Source of the DNA: an uncultured delta proteobacterium
GTDB taxonomy: Bacteria > Desulfobacterota > Binatia > Binatales > Binataceae
Direction: 5' to 3'
Length of the DNA: 64,000 nt
NCBI GenBank assembly: GCA_963794325.1
Contig: CAWCDG010000004.1
Span: forward strand, 1,472,001-1,536,000
Shown here piece by piece: positions 1 to 9,961 of this stretch. The translations under genes were made by a program, and so were the position numbers. Position 1 is the stretch's first letter. Each line of letters starts with the position of its first letter. A model generated the notes under the pieces. That model was not told the DNA's origin. It searched no databases and worked only from the letters and a program-made list of their open reading frames with translations.

Positions 1-89
1 AAAATCGCGCGGACGCGCTTTTGCTCTGAGGGTCGGGGGAGACGTTGACAGGGCGGGTTCTCCTCCACCACAATCGTCGCGATTCAACC

Positions 90-1227
90 ATGGCTCTTTC
101 CGGTTTCAAGATCATCGACGCGGACGGCCACGTCACCGAGCCTGCTTCGCTCTACTCGCGCCATATCGATCCGAAATTCCGCACTGCCGCAGACGCTATA
201 CTGTCGCGGATCGGACCCGGCAACCTCGGAATCGTTCCCGCGATGTATCCGAAGTGGCGAACGGCGGAGCGTCCGCTCGGCGAGACGAACGAAGTGTCTT
301 GGCCTTGGCAAATTGCCGTCGGGCCGCAACCATCCAATGGCCTCGCCTGCGGGCGGCTTCGATCCCGCCGAGCGTATCCACGACATGGACAAGGAGGGCA
401 TCGACGTTGCTGTATGCTTCGCGACGGTCGCGACCTCAGTATGCGCCGCGACTGACCCTGCGATGGAAGCCGCGCTCGCGCGTGCCTACAACCGATGGGT
501 CGGCGAGTACTGTGGCGCGTTCCCTTCGCGAATCAAGGCGGTCGGCATTGTTCCGCAGCGCGAGATGCACCGATGCGCCGAGGAGGTCGAGTATCTCGCG
601 CGCGAGCCGTGGGCAGTCGGCATCATGACCTTCGGCAATCTCGATGGGATGCTACCGGACCATCCTTATTTCGATCTGCTGTATAGAGCCGCGCAGGAGG
701 CCGACTTGCCGATCTGTTTTCATGGCGGCACGGATCGGCCGCCGTTCGCGCCTGGCCGCGAGGATGTCGGCAACAACATGTTCATGATGCATCTGACGGG
801 CCACGTCTGGCATCAGATGCGGGTGATGGCGGCGGCGGTCGGCGGCGGACTATTCGAGCGATACCCGAAGCTCAGGATGGGATTTTTCGAAGGCGGAATC
901 TCGTGGGTGCCGTGGTGGGCCGAGCGGATGGACGCGCACTACAAACACTTCGCGCGTCACACGCCGCATCTGACGCGCAAGCCGTCCGAGCACATGCGCG
1001 GCGATCGATGCTTCTTCACGTTCGATCCCGACGAAGCGATGCTGCCTGAGGCGATGCGCTTGCTTGGTGCGTCACGCCTGATGTGGGCGTCGGACTATCC
1101 GCATTTCGACGCCGAGTTCCCCGACGCTGCCGAAATCGTCGTGAACAACCCGCGGTTGTCGAACGATGAAAAGCGCGCAATCCTCGCCGACAACGCCCTC
1201 CGCTTTTTCACGCGCATCGCCACATAA
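90..1227 (+). pseudogene. Amidohydrolase family (amidohydrolase_2) protein, frameshifted near 297
   Basis: N-terminal IIDADGHVTEP in the frame of ORF 45..455; continues in ORF 313..1227 (DMDKEGID, FHGG, WASDYPHFD, ILADNA). Removing one base at about 297 joins the frames. May be a sequencing error. Confidence 0.85.
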
Positions 1228-1271
1228 GCCAACTTTCCAGACTCATTGAAGTAGTCGCGCCTTTGCCCTCG

Positions 1272-1438
1272 CCTCCCCCGTTCGTGGGGGGAGGCCGACG
1301 CGCGTCTTCGCGCGGCGGGTGGGGACCTTAGCTTCTGAATTTTTCCATTGCCAGAGAGGATGGCGCCGCACCAGACAATCGCGCGCCAATTGTCCCCCAC
1401 CCTAACCCTCCCCCACGAACGGGGGAGGGAATCAGAAA
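1272..1438. repeat. Inverted pair of CTCCCCC-loop-GGGGGAG hairpin repeats (REPIN-like)
   Basis: cctcccccgttcgtggggggagg at 1272 is the near reverse complement of cctcccccacgaacgggggagg near 1407; the right arm recurs at 53641-53706. Confidence 0.8.
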
Positions 1439-1459
1439 AAGCGCGTCTGCGCGAATTTG

Positions 1460-1558
1460 CGATTTCTTTTTCTTAATGTTGGGTGCAGAGCCTGTCCTGA
1501 GCCTTGCCGAAGGAGGTCACCCCCCGCGACGGTGTCGATGCCGCCCGCCGCGCAGGCG
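1460..1558 (-). repeat. Modular GGCAGGGGTGACCCCTGCACCC element, copy 1 (two nested insertions)
   Basis: Minus strand: cgcctgcgcggcgggcggca, about 15 bp insert, ggggtgacc, tccttcggcaaggctcaggacaggct, ctgcaccc, aacattaagaaaa. Confidence 0.85.
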
Positions 1559-1796
1559 TCTGGAATTTGCGTTAATGCGATCGGGAGCGGCTTTGAATAT
1601 GGCGGGGAAAAAGTGCCGGCGCAGAGCGACTCGTTGGACCTGCGAGGCGCATCCGCGCCGGCGACGGACACGGGACCTTTTGTCACGATCGCGGCAAGCC
1701 CGCGATACGGCGGCGACTATATTCCGCAACTCATAATAAGTAAAACGGTCGCGATGAGCACACTGTGGACAAACGGGGAATCAAAGGAAACACAGA

Positions 1797-1833
1797 CGCG
1801 GAGCGCCACGGCTATCAGCCGTATCGCTCCGCG
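1797..1833 (-). terminator. Hairpin downstream of the DUF1329 gene
   Basis: cgcggagcg..acggct/agccgt..cgctccgcg stem followed by T-rich sequence on the minus strand. Confidence 0.55.
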
Positions 1834-1872
1834 CCGCTTCACTAATCAATCAGACAGGTGATGCGGACGCGC

Positions 1873-3171
1873 TCAAGGAGCCGCCGCCACCATCGATTTC
1901 ACTGTGCAGAAATCCTTGTCGATGGCGCCCATGTTGATGTACCAGCATTCGCGCTCGGGCGTGTGCTGGCCGGGCAGATAACACATCGTCGAGAAATTTC
2001 CCTGCGTGTCGATCGACGCCGCACCGACTACGAACTCGCGTTTGAACGGATAGATCGCAACGCGCGCATCGGGCACCGGGCGGTCGCGAAAAGCCAGCCA
2101 GTAGATGTGCGTGCGCCACAGATGACCCTTCTGGTCGTAGGTGTCCACGTACGGCTCGAAACACAATTCGCTGTCGATATAGACGTTGGTCGATTTATCG
2201 AGCGCACCGCTTGCCTCGGAGAGATCGCGCCGCGGAGTCGCCTCGACGATGTACAGATGGCGCATCTCCCAAGCCTCGGGGCATGCGGTCGCACCGCCGT
2301 CGTAGGGGCAGGTATCTTCGGGCGAATGCTCGGCGTGCACGCTCCCAAGCATCTCCCTCTCACCCAGGAATCGGTAGTTGTACTGCTCGGTCTTGGGGTT
2401 GAAGCCTGCATAGTGGTCAGGATCGTAGCTCTGCGCGCCGGTCGCGGTGGAGAGAATCGCCTCGCTCAGACGGCGTACGCGACGGGTGCCGGGGGTCCAA
2501 TCCCAGCTGTCGTCGCCGCGCTTCGGATCAGCGTAGCGATAGCGGATGAGTCCGGTTCCGCGCGCCTCTTGCGGAGCGAGCACCGGGTACAAAGCAAATA
2601 CCCATAAGCGCCCCGACTGTTTGAAGTCGGGATCTACCGGCAGCGGTTCGACTTCGGTTCGTCCGAACAGGTTGTAACCGGCGTAGTGACCGATCTCGAT
2701 GTCATCGATAATTTTCTGGTCCTGACCCGGACGAACGTACTCGCTCTGACAATCATAAAAGCGCAGATCGTAGTCGTCCGTGCTGATCGGGCGGAACACA
2801 TTGTTCCACATGATCTTGGTCGCAACATAAGGATCGTTCGGATCGATCAGCGGAAACGCCTGGCCGGCGACGTAGCCGACCATGCTGCGATGATCGTTGG
2901 TGAGCCGAACCTGTTGCGAATACTTTTCCGTCGCGTCCCGGTATGGCGGCGGCCAATCGACCCGCTCGGGCGCGATTATCTCCATCCGCATCCCATGTTG
3001 GACCGCGTAGTACACGCCGGGCGAAACCAGATCTTTGACCAGTGCCGCGTTGCTGGGCGCAATTACGTCGCCGGCCTTCACGACTGCATTAGCTGAAGCT
3101 GCGACAAGACATAAGCAAATCGTCAGCGTCCCCACGCCGAGCATCGTCTTCCCCAAAACATGCTTGACCAT
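1873..3171 (-). CDS. DUF1329 family secreted protein, paralogue 1
   Basis: Signal peptide; GYVAGQAFP, DP..ATKIMWN, DD.W.W.PGTRRVRRL, WEMRHLYIVEATP and YIDSE..YDQKG.LWR motifs; GGAGG RBS. Confidence 0.85.
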   Translation of the reverse strand: MVKHVLGKTMLGVGTLTICLCLVAASANAVVKAGDVIAPSNAALVKDLVSPGVYYAVQHGMRMEIIAPERVDWPPPYRDATEKYSQQVRLTNDHRSMVGYVAGQAFPLIDPNDPYVATKIMWNNVFRPISTDDYDLRFYDCQSEYVRPGQDQKIIDDIEIGHYAGYNLFGRTEVEPLPVDPDFKQSGRLWVFALYPVLAPQEARGTGLIRYRYADPKRGDDSWDWTPGTRRVRRLSEAILSTATGAQSYDPDHYAGFNPKTEQYNYRFLGEREMLGSVHAEHSPEDTCPYDGGATACPEAWEMRHLYIVEATPRRDLSEASGALDKSTNVYIDSELCFEPYVDTYDQKGHLWRTHIYWLAFRDRPVPDARVAIYPFKREFVVGAASIDTQGNFSTMCYLPGQHTPERECWYINMGAIDKDFCTVKSMVAAAP

Positions 3172-3293
3172 CAGGCATCACCTCCCTCCGTGATTAGAGT
3201 CAATTCTGGGTCTCGAAATTTTACGGAGTCAAGTATCTACCACCTAATATCATCAAAATGTGCATTAATTCTACTAATTGGCTGATACTGGGG

Positions 3294-3338
3294 AAAAAAG
3301 AAGCGGGGCGATGTGGCCTGTTTGCCGCATCGCCCCGC
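3294..3338 (-). terminator. Rho-independent terminator between the DUF1329 paralogues
   Basis: gcggggcgatgtggc/gccgcatcgccccgc stem followed by a T-tract on the minus strand. Confidence 0.75.
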
Positions 3339-3383
3339 CGAGGTTACCGGGAGCTAAGCTCCTGATTTATCTAACGAATCAGC

Positions 3384-4688
3384 TTACGGAGCTGCTTTCA
3401 CCATCGACTGGGTGGTGAAGAAATCCTTGTCCACCGCGCCCATGTTGATGTACCAGCATTCGCGCTCCGGCGTATTCTGTCCCGGCAGATAGCACATTGT
3501 CGCAAAACCCGACTGCACGTCATAGCGGGCCGAACCCACGATGAACTCGCGCTTGAAGGGATAGATTGCGACCTTTGCGTCCGGCACCGGGCGATCGCGA
3601 TACGCTGCCCAGAAGATATTGGTGCGCCACAGTGCGCCCTTCTGGTCGTATCCGTCGACGTACGGCTCGAACCATACTTCTGAGTCCATGTACACGACGG
3701 TGTCTTTGTCGAGCACATTGCCGGCCTCGCCGATGTCGCGGTTAGGCGTCGCCTCGACCACGTACATGTGACGCATCTCCCAATCCTCGGGGCATGCTGA
3801 CGCGCCGCCGTCGGTCGGGCAGGTCACTTCGGGCGAATGCTTCGCATGAACCACCGCGAGCATCTCTTTCTCACCCAGGAACTTGTAGTTGTATTCTTCG
3901 GTCTTTGGATTGAAGCCCGAGTAGTGATCGGGATCGAAGCTCTGGGCACCGGTCGCGGTGCTGTTGAGCGATTCGTTCAGGCGGCGCACGCGGCGGCTGC
4001 CCGGGTTCCACGACCAGGTGTCGTCACCCTGCTTGGGCGCTGCGTAGCGAAAACGAATCAGGCCCTGGCCGCGCGCTTCCTGCGGCGCGAGCAGGGGATA
4101 CAGGCCGAACAGCCACAGACGCCCGGTCTTCTTGAAATCGGGATCGACCGGCAGCGGCTCTACTTCCGTGCGGCCAACCAGATCGTAGCCGGCGTAGTGG
4201 CCGACCTGGATGTCGTTGACGATTCTCTGCTCATGGCCCGGATTGACGTACTCGATCTGGCAATCAAAGAAACGCAGATCGTAGTCGTCGGTGCTGATCG
4301 GGCGGAACACGTTGTTCCACATAATCTTGTTGCCGACTTGCGGGTCGTTGGTGTCGATGAGCGGGAAGGGCTGGCCCGCGACGTAGCCGATAAGCGATCG
4401 ATGGTCGTTGGTCAGGCGCACCTGCGAGGAGTATTTCTCGGTCGCGTCCTTGTACGGTGGCGGCCAATCGATGCGCTCAGACGGCACGATATCCATCTGC
4501 ATTCCGTGCGTCACCATGTAGTAGACGCCGGGCGACACCAGGTCTTTGACCTGCGTCGCGTTTTGGGGAGTGATGACGTCCCCGGGCTTAACTCCGGCCC
4601 GGGCGGTGGCGGCGAATAAACCGAGGCTCATTACGAGCGCGCCGACACCCGCTACTTTCCATGCGATGCGGGTAAAACGGGAAAACAT
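3384..4688 (-). CDS. DUF1329 family secreted protein, paralogue 2
   Basis: Colinear with and closely similar to 1873..3171; start set at MFSRF (4688), which has an AGGAGG RBS. Confidence 0.85.
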   Translation of the reverse strand: MFSRFTRIAWKVAGVGALVMSLGLFAATARAGVKPGDVITPQNATQVKDLVSPGVYYMVTHGMQMDIVPSERIDWPPPYKDATEKYSSQVRLTNDHRSLIGYVAGQPFPLIDTNDPQVGNKIMWNNVFRPISTDDYDLRFFDCQIEYVNPGHEQRIVNDIQVGHYAGYDLVGRTEVEPLPVDPDFKKTGRLWLFGLYPLLAPQEARGQGLIRFRYAAPKQGDDTWSWNPGSRRVRRLNESLNSTATGAQSFDPDHYSGFNPKTEEYNYKFLGEKEMLAVVHAKHSPEVTCPTDGGASACPEDWEMRHMYVVEATPNRDIGEAGNVLDKDTVVYMDSEVWFEPYVDGYDQKGALWRTNIFWAAYRDRPVPDAKVAIYPFKREFIVGSARYDVQSGFATMCYLPGQNTPERECWYINMGAVDKDFFTTQSMVKAAP

Positions 4689-4923
4689 TCTTTGGGAAAC
4701 CTCCTGGGCGGCTGCGAAAAGGCAGGCCATGACATAGTGATGAACAAGCACAGCATCACATCGGTTCCCGGGAGACAATAAGAAGAGATTACTTTGTCTT
4801 CATGACGAGTCAGTAAACATAAGTAATGGTTATGCAAGGCACAACTTTGAATAATGAGCTAAATGGTTGATTTTACGGACTAAATGTCGGAAGAAAGGCG
4901 GGGGTGAAACCAGCCGGACTAAG

Positions 4924-7077
4924 CTATTCGTAGCGCAGGGCGTCGATCGGGTGGAGCAGACTCGCCTTGCGCGCCGGATAGTAGCCGAAGAACACTCCCA
5001 CTGCTGCTGAAAAGATAAAACCACCGATTACCGCAACCGGTGAGACCAGCGTCGGCCATTCGGCCAACGCGGAAATCAGCTTCGATACGAGGATCCCCAG
5101 TACGATTCCCGCGAACCCGCCGGTCACCGACAGCAGCATCGCCTCGACCAGGAACTGCAGCATGATATGGATGCGGCGTGCGCCGATCGCCATACGGATT
5201 CCGATTTCGCGCGTGCGCTCGGTCACCGACACCAGCATGATGTTCATGATTCCGATGCCACCGACCAGCAACGAAATCGACGCGACTGACAAAAGCAGCA
5301 TCGTCATCACTTGCGTCGCGCTTTCGGAGGCCGCCGCTATTTCGCTGAGATTGCGGACGGTGAAATCGTCATCCTGTTTCGCCTGTATGTGATGGCGCTC
5401 ATGCAGGGTGCGCGTGATTTGCGCCAACGCGTTGTCGACCTGGTCTGAGCTGGTCGCCTTGACGAACATGGCGTTGACGACGCCGGTTATCTTCGGCGCG
5501 CCGCCGAATGCGCTCGAGGCTTCGGTGCTCGAGGAGTAAACCGAGTTGGTGGTCGGCACTGACGCGTAAGGATTGGTCGCGTTGGCGGTCGCCACTGCCG
5601 CGGGCGCGGCTTGCGCGATGGGCGCCGAGACGCCGAGCACTTTGCGCTCAGCGGTGTTGAACGGGACGATTACCACGTCGTCCTGATCCTGGCCGTAGCT
5701 CGATTGTCCCTTGACGGCGAGCACGCCGATTACTTTCATCGGGAAGTTCTTGACGCGGATGGTCGAGCCGATCGGATTCTGGCCTTCGCCGAAAAGATTG
5801 TTCACCACTGTCTGTCCGAGCAGGCATACCGCGGCGCCCGCTTTTTCTTCGGAGTCGGTGAAGATGCGTCCGAGCGACAGCGGCCAATCGCGGATCGCAA
5901 AATAGTTCGAGGTGGTACCCTGGATATTCGTGCTCCAGTTGCGATTGCCCGAGACCACCTGCGCGAGCTGCCGATCCATATACGTCACCAGCGCGACTGG
6001 GCCGCCGCCGCGCGCTATAGCCTGCGCGTCGCCTACAGTCAGCGTCGAACTGCTGCCCAGCCCGCCGCGCGTGCCGTTGGCGGTGGTCGCACCCGGCACC
6101 ACAATCAGCAGGTTGGTGCCAAGGCTGTTGATTTGCGCCTCGACCGACGACTTCGCGCCGTCGCCGACCGCGACCATCGTGATCACCGCCGCGACGCCGA
6201 TAAAAATCCCGAGCATCGTGAGCGCCGCGCGCAGCTTGTTGCGCCTGATCGCGCGCGCCGCGGCGACCACCGCCATGCTCGTAAAGGTCCACGCGTCGTC
6301 CACGGCTGACGCCGCCTGCTGCCGCGATGCTCCGGTCGCCGCCGCGATCGCATCCGCGGCTTTGACAGCAGCTTGTTCGCGCTCGGCGGCGCCGTCCTTG
6401 CGCGTATCGGAAATGATCACACCGTCGCGAAAGGTGACGACCCGGTCCGCGTAGGCGGCCACTTCGGGATCGTGCGTCACGACGATCACCGTGATGCCCT
6501 GCTGGCGATTGAGGTTGGTGAGCACGTCCATTATCTCGGCCGAGTTGGTCGAATCGAGATTTCCGGTCGGCTCGTCGGCCAGCAATATCGAGGGCCGATT
6601 CACCAGCGCTCGCGCAATCGCGACGCGCTGCTGCTGTCCGCCGGAGAGCTGATTCGGATGGCTGTTCTCGCGGCCGGCCAGCCCGACCAGCTTCACCAGG
6701 TCGGCCGCGCGGCTCTCGCCGTCGGCGGTCCACGCCGAGTAGAACAGCGGCAGCTCGACGTTCTCGAGGGTCGAGGTTCGTGACAGCAGATTGAAGTTTT
6801 GAAAAACGAATCCGATTCGCTGGCTGCGGATCATCGCCAGCTCCGACTCGTTCAGTCGCGCGACGTCCTCGCCTTCCAGGATGTAACGGCCGCTGGTGGG
6901 CCGGTCCAGGCATCCGAGCATGTTCATCAGCGTCGATTTTCCCGAGCCCGACGCGCCCATCACCGCGATGAACTCGCCGCGCTCGATAGTCAGATCGACG
7001 CCGCGCAGTGCATGAACTTCGACCTCGCCCAGCACGTAGGTCTTGGTCATGCCAACGATTTGAATAACGGTATTCAT
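4924..7077 (-). CDS. macB: MacB-family ABC transporter, fused ATPase and permease
   Basis: Walker A GASGSGKS, LSGGQQQR, LLADEPTG; GGIGIMNIMLVSVTERTREIGIR and PIDALRYE C-terminus. Confidence 0.93.
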   Translation of the reverse strand: MNTVIQIVGMTKTYVLGEVEVHALRGVDLTIERGEFIAVMGASGSGKSTLMNMLGCLDRPTSGRYILEGEDVARLNESELAMIRSQRIGFVFQNFNLLSRTSTLENVELPLFYSAWTADGESRAADLVKLVGLAGRENSHPNQLSGGQQQRVAIARALVNRPSILLADEPTGNLDSTNSAEIMDVLTNLNRQQGITVIVVTHDPEVAAYADRVVTFRDGVIISDTRKDGAAEREQAAVKAADAIAAATGASRQQAASAVDDAWTFTSMAVVAAARAIRRNKLRAALTMLGIFIGVAAVITMVAVGDGAKSSVEAQINSLGTNLLIVVPGATTANGTRGGLGSSSTLTVGDAQAIARGGGPVALVTYMDRQLAQVVSGNRNWSTNIQGTTSNYFAIRDWPLSLGRIFTDSEEKAGAAVCLLGQTVVNNLFGEGQNPIGSTIRVKNFPMKVIGVLAVKGQSSYGQDQDDVVIVPFNTAERKVLGVSAPIAQAAPAAVATANATNPYASVPTTNSVYSSSTEASSAFGGAPKITGVVNAMFVKATSSDQVDNALAQITRTLHERHHIQAKQDDDFTVRNLSEIAAASESATQVMTMLLLSVASISLLVGGIGIMNIMLVSVTERTREIGIRMAIGARRIHIMLQFLVEAMLLSVTGGFAGIVLGILVSKLISALAEWPTLVSPVAVIGGFIFSAAVGVFFGYYPARKASLLHPIDALRYE

Positions 7078-7098
7078 TCCGATCGGCGCCCGCGGATG

Positions 7099-8313
7099 CT
7101 AGTGCGGCAGATGCGGCATCCCGCCGCCGCCCGTGCCGCTGTGCGAGCCGCTCGAAGAATGCGCCGCTGGGTTGCGCACTTCGTCGGTCACCACGCGATC
7201 GCCGGCCTGCACGTCCCCTTCGGCGACTTCGACCCAGGTTCCGTCGCTGAGGCCGGTGGTGATCGTGACCGGCGTGACCTTGCGACTCGCAAGAACCCAG
7301 ACCCGGGTCTGGCGGCCCGGCGTACCGTCAACCGCGGCGGAATCCGCGGGCGGCTGCCCGGCTGGGGCAAAACGCAACGCGTCGATCGGCACCCGCACGA
7401 CGTTGCCCTTCGACGCGGTGACGATGTTCACATTGGCAGTCATGCCGGGCTTCAGCAGCAGCTCCGGATTCTCGACGCTCACGACGACGTCGTAGGTCAC
7501 GACGTTCTGCACGGTGATCGGCGCCTGGCGAACCTGCGTCACCGAGCCCTCGAAATCGCGATCCGGAAACGCGTCGACGCGAAACGTTGCTTTCTGGCCG
7601 GCCTTGACGTAGCCGATATCCGACTCGCTGACGTTCGAATCAACCTGCATCTTGGTCAGGTCCTGCGCGATCAGAAACAGCGTCGGAGTCTGAAAGCTCG
7701 CAGCCACGGTTTGGCCGACGTCGACGTTGCGCGAGACGACGGTGCCGTCAACCGGCGAGACGATATTGGTGTAGTTCAGATTGACTTCGGCGGCCGCGAC
7801 GTTGGCGGTCTGCTGCTGAATATTGGCTTGATCGAGCTTGACCTGCGCGACGTCCATCTGCCACGCGCTGTATGCGGAATCGACCACGTCCTTGGACACG
7901 GCGTCGGCCTTGAAGAGCTCGAGGTTGCGCTGGTAGGTCACCTTCTTATAGTTGAGGTCGGCGGTGTCCTTGCCGAGTTGCGCTTTCGAGTTGGCCAGCG
8001 TCGCATGGGCGATATCGACGGTGACCTGGTACGGGCGCGGGTCGATTTTCGCAATCGATTGGCCCTTCTTCACCGGCGCGTTGTAGTCCGCATAGATCGC
8101 AGTGATCGGTCCCGAGACGTAAGTGCCGACCTGCACCGTGATGACCGGATTCACTGTTCCAGTCGCCGTGACCGAACGGACTATCGGCCCCTCAGTAACC
8201 TTGGCGGTAACGATTTTCGGCGCGGTGGTGCTGTCGGTAAGAAAATACCAGCTCGCTGCGATCGCGACGAAGCCAATCGCGAGCATCCAGGCGCTATTCT
8301 TCGAGAGTTTCAT
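7099..8313 (-). CDS. macA: MacA-like periplasmic adaptor (membrane fusion protein)
   Basis: VTATGTVNP..VQVGTYVSG, SPVDGTVVSRNVDVGQTVAASFQTP, LLKPGMTA; directly upstream of macB. Confidence 0.9.
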   Translation of the reverse strand: MKLSKNSAWMLAIGFVAIAASWYFLTDSTTAPKIVTAKVTEGPIVRSVTATGTVNPVITVQVGTYVSGPITAIYADYNAPVKKGQSIAKIDPRPYQVTVDIAHATLANSKAQLGKDTADLNYKKVTYQRNLELFKADAVSKDVVDSAYSAWQMDVAQVKLDQANIQQQTANVAAAEVNLNYTNIVSPVDGTVVSRNVDVGQTVAASFQTPTLFLIAQDLTKMQVDSNVSESDIGYVKAGQKATFRVDAFPDRDFEGSVTQVRQAPITVQNVVTYDVVVSVENPELLLKPGMTANVNIVTASKGNVVRVPIDALRFAPAGQPPADSAAVDGTPGRQTRVWVLASRKVTPVTITTGLSDGTWVEVAEGDVQAGDRVVTDEVRNPAAHSSSGSHSGTGGGGMPHLPH

Positions 8314-8421
8314 GGACGGTGCTCAATTATCATCCGGTCATTCATCGGTTTCCAGTAACCACCACCTGATAGACGTACCTCTGCCGTCGGGGTTTCGCGG
8401 CAGGAAGGGGGGAGAATTCCT

Positions 8422-9708
8422 TTACAATCGCGGAAGGATTGGGGGCCGGCGGGAGTCGGGCTTGGTCAGCAGCATCTGCACGTCGCCGATGTAGCGCTCG
8501 CGGAAGCCGGCCTCGCTGTAGCGGAGGTAGAACTCCCACATCCGGATGAATTCCTCGGGATAGCCGAGCGCGCGCACGCGATCGATGTTGTTGAACATCC
8601 GCAGGCGCCAGTGCTTGAGGGTCTCGGCGTAGTTCGGCGTGAGGTCTTCGAGATGGAACAGCCGCAGATCGCTCGAGCGCGTTAGCGAATCGCACAGCGC
8701 CGTGACCGACGGCAGAAAGCTGCCCGGGAAAATGTATTTCTTGATGAAATCGACGCGCTTGATTGCGGCCTCGTACTCGCGGTCCGTGATCGTGATCGCC
8801 TGCAGCAGCATCATGCCGTCGGGCTTCAGCAGTTCGCCGCATTTGCGGAAATATGAATCCAGAAACTGATGCCCGACCGCTTCGATCATCTCGATCGAGA
8901 CCGCCTTGTCGAACTGGCCGGTCAGGTCGCGGTAGTCTTTGAACAGCACCGTGATGCGCTCCGAGAGCCCCTCGGCGGCGATTCGTTTGACGGCGTGGTC
9001 GTGCTGCGCACGCGAGATCGTGGTGGTCGTCACGCGGCATCCGTAGTTTTTCGCCGCATGAATCGCGAACCCGCCCCATCCCGTGCCGATCTCGACGAGA
9101 TGATCGTGCGCACGCAGATCGAGCTTGCGGCAGATGCGATCGACCTTGGCCGTCGCGGCGTCCTCGAGGGTGGCGTCGGGGCGCTCGAAGATCGCGCACG
9201 AGTACATCATCAGATCGCGATCGAGAATCAGCTCGAAGAAATCGTTGCCGAGATCGTAGTGTGCCGCGATGTTGCGCTCGCTGCCGGTCCTGGTGTTGCG
9301 ATTGAGGTAGTGAATGAAGCGGCGGACCGGGTTGGCCAGGCGTGCGAGGCCGCTGTCGAGTCCTTCGGTCACGGCGCGGTTGCGAATCATGATTTGGACG
9401 AGTGCGGTTAAATCGTCGGTCGTCCACGAGCCGGCCATGTACGCCTCGCCGGCGCCCATGCTGCCCGCCGCTGCGAGGTCGGAATAAAAGCGGCGGTCGT
9501 GGACGTGGATGGTCGCGCGCAAGTGGGTGTCGGACAAATCCTGGCCAAACGGGATCCGCTCGCCGCCGTCTTCGACCACCAGCCTGCCGCTTTTGATTCC
9601 CGCCAGACGGCTTAGAACAGCGCCGCGCGCGAAACGATCGAGGAATGCCGGGCGCCGCGCGCGGGCCGCATCGACGCCGGACGCGACAATGGAATCAGAC
9701 TTGGGCAT
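8422..9708 (-). CDS. Cyclopropane-fatty-acyl-phospholipid synthase family SAM methyltransferase
   Basis: NIAAHYDLGNDFF, MMYSCA, EIGTGWGG, SIEMIEAVGH, FIKKYIFPG, WEFYL.Y.EAGF; start set at MPKSD. Confidence 0.92.
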   Translation of the reverse strand: MPKSDSIVASGVDAARARRPAFLDRFARGAVLSRLAGIKSGRLVVEDGGERIPFGQDLSDTHLRATIHVHDRRFYSDLAAAGSMGAGEAYMAGSWTTDDLTALVQIMIRNRAVTEGLDSGLARLANPVRRFIHYLNRNTRTGSERNIAAHYDLGNDFFELILDRDLMMYSCAIFERPDATLEDAATAKVDRICRKLDLRAHDHLVEIGTGWGGFAIHAAKNYGCRVTTTTISRAQHDHAVKRIAAEGLSERITVLFKDYRDLTGQFDKAVSIEMIEAVGHQFLDSYFRKCGELLKPDGMMLLQAITITDREYEAAIKRVDFIKKYIFPGSFLPSVTALCDSLTRSSDLRLFHLEDLTPNYAETLKHWRLRMFNNIDRVRALGYPEEFIRMWEFYLRYSEAGFRERYIGDVQMLLTKPDSRRPPILPRL

Positions 9709-9819
9709 CGAGAGAGTCCACCATGTGACCCGTCCCCGATGGGACAGCACCGCATCGAATACACGTGGTCGCATCATGGTGCAAGTGCGGAAGGAGGGGA
9801 GTGGGAGAAGAACTAATTA

Positions 9820-9940
9820 AATGTGAAACCCTTCGCGGGTTTCACGCTTCCGCGGCAGGGGTGACCTCCTTCGGCAAGGCTCAGGACAGGCTCTGCACCC
9901 AGTATTAAGAAAAGATGCGGGACTTCGTCCCTGTTAGAAC
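9820..9940 (+). repeat. Modular element copy 2 (arm A, core with net +25 bp insertion, arm C)
   Basis: atgtgaaacccttcgcgggtttcac, ggcaggggtgacc[tccttcggcaaggctcaggacaggct]ctgcaccc, ttaagaaaagatgcgggacttcgtccctgttagaa. Confidence 0.9.
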
Positions 9941-9961
9941 TTTTTGGGGCGGAGGGATTCT

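Noticed and set aside
6799-8358. Long antisense and alternate-frame ORFs (also 5648..6913, 34517..35551, 46286..47596, 48888..50354, 51904..52956)
   Set aside because: They shadow well-supported genes, have no motifs, and are expected in high-GC DNA.
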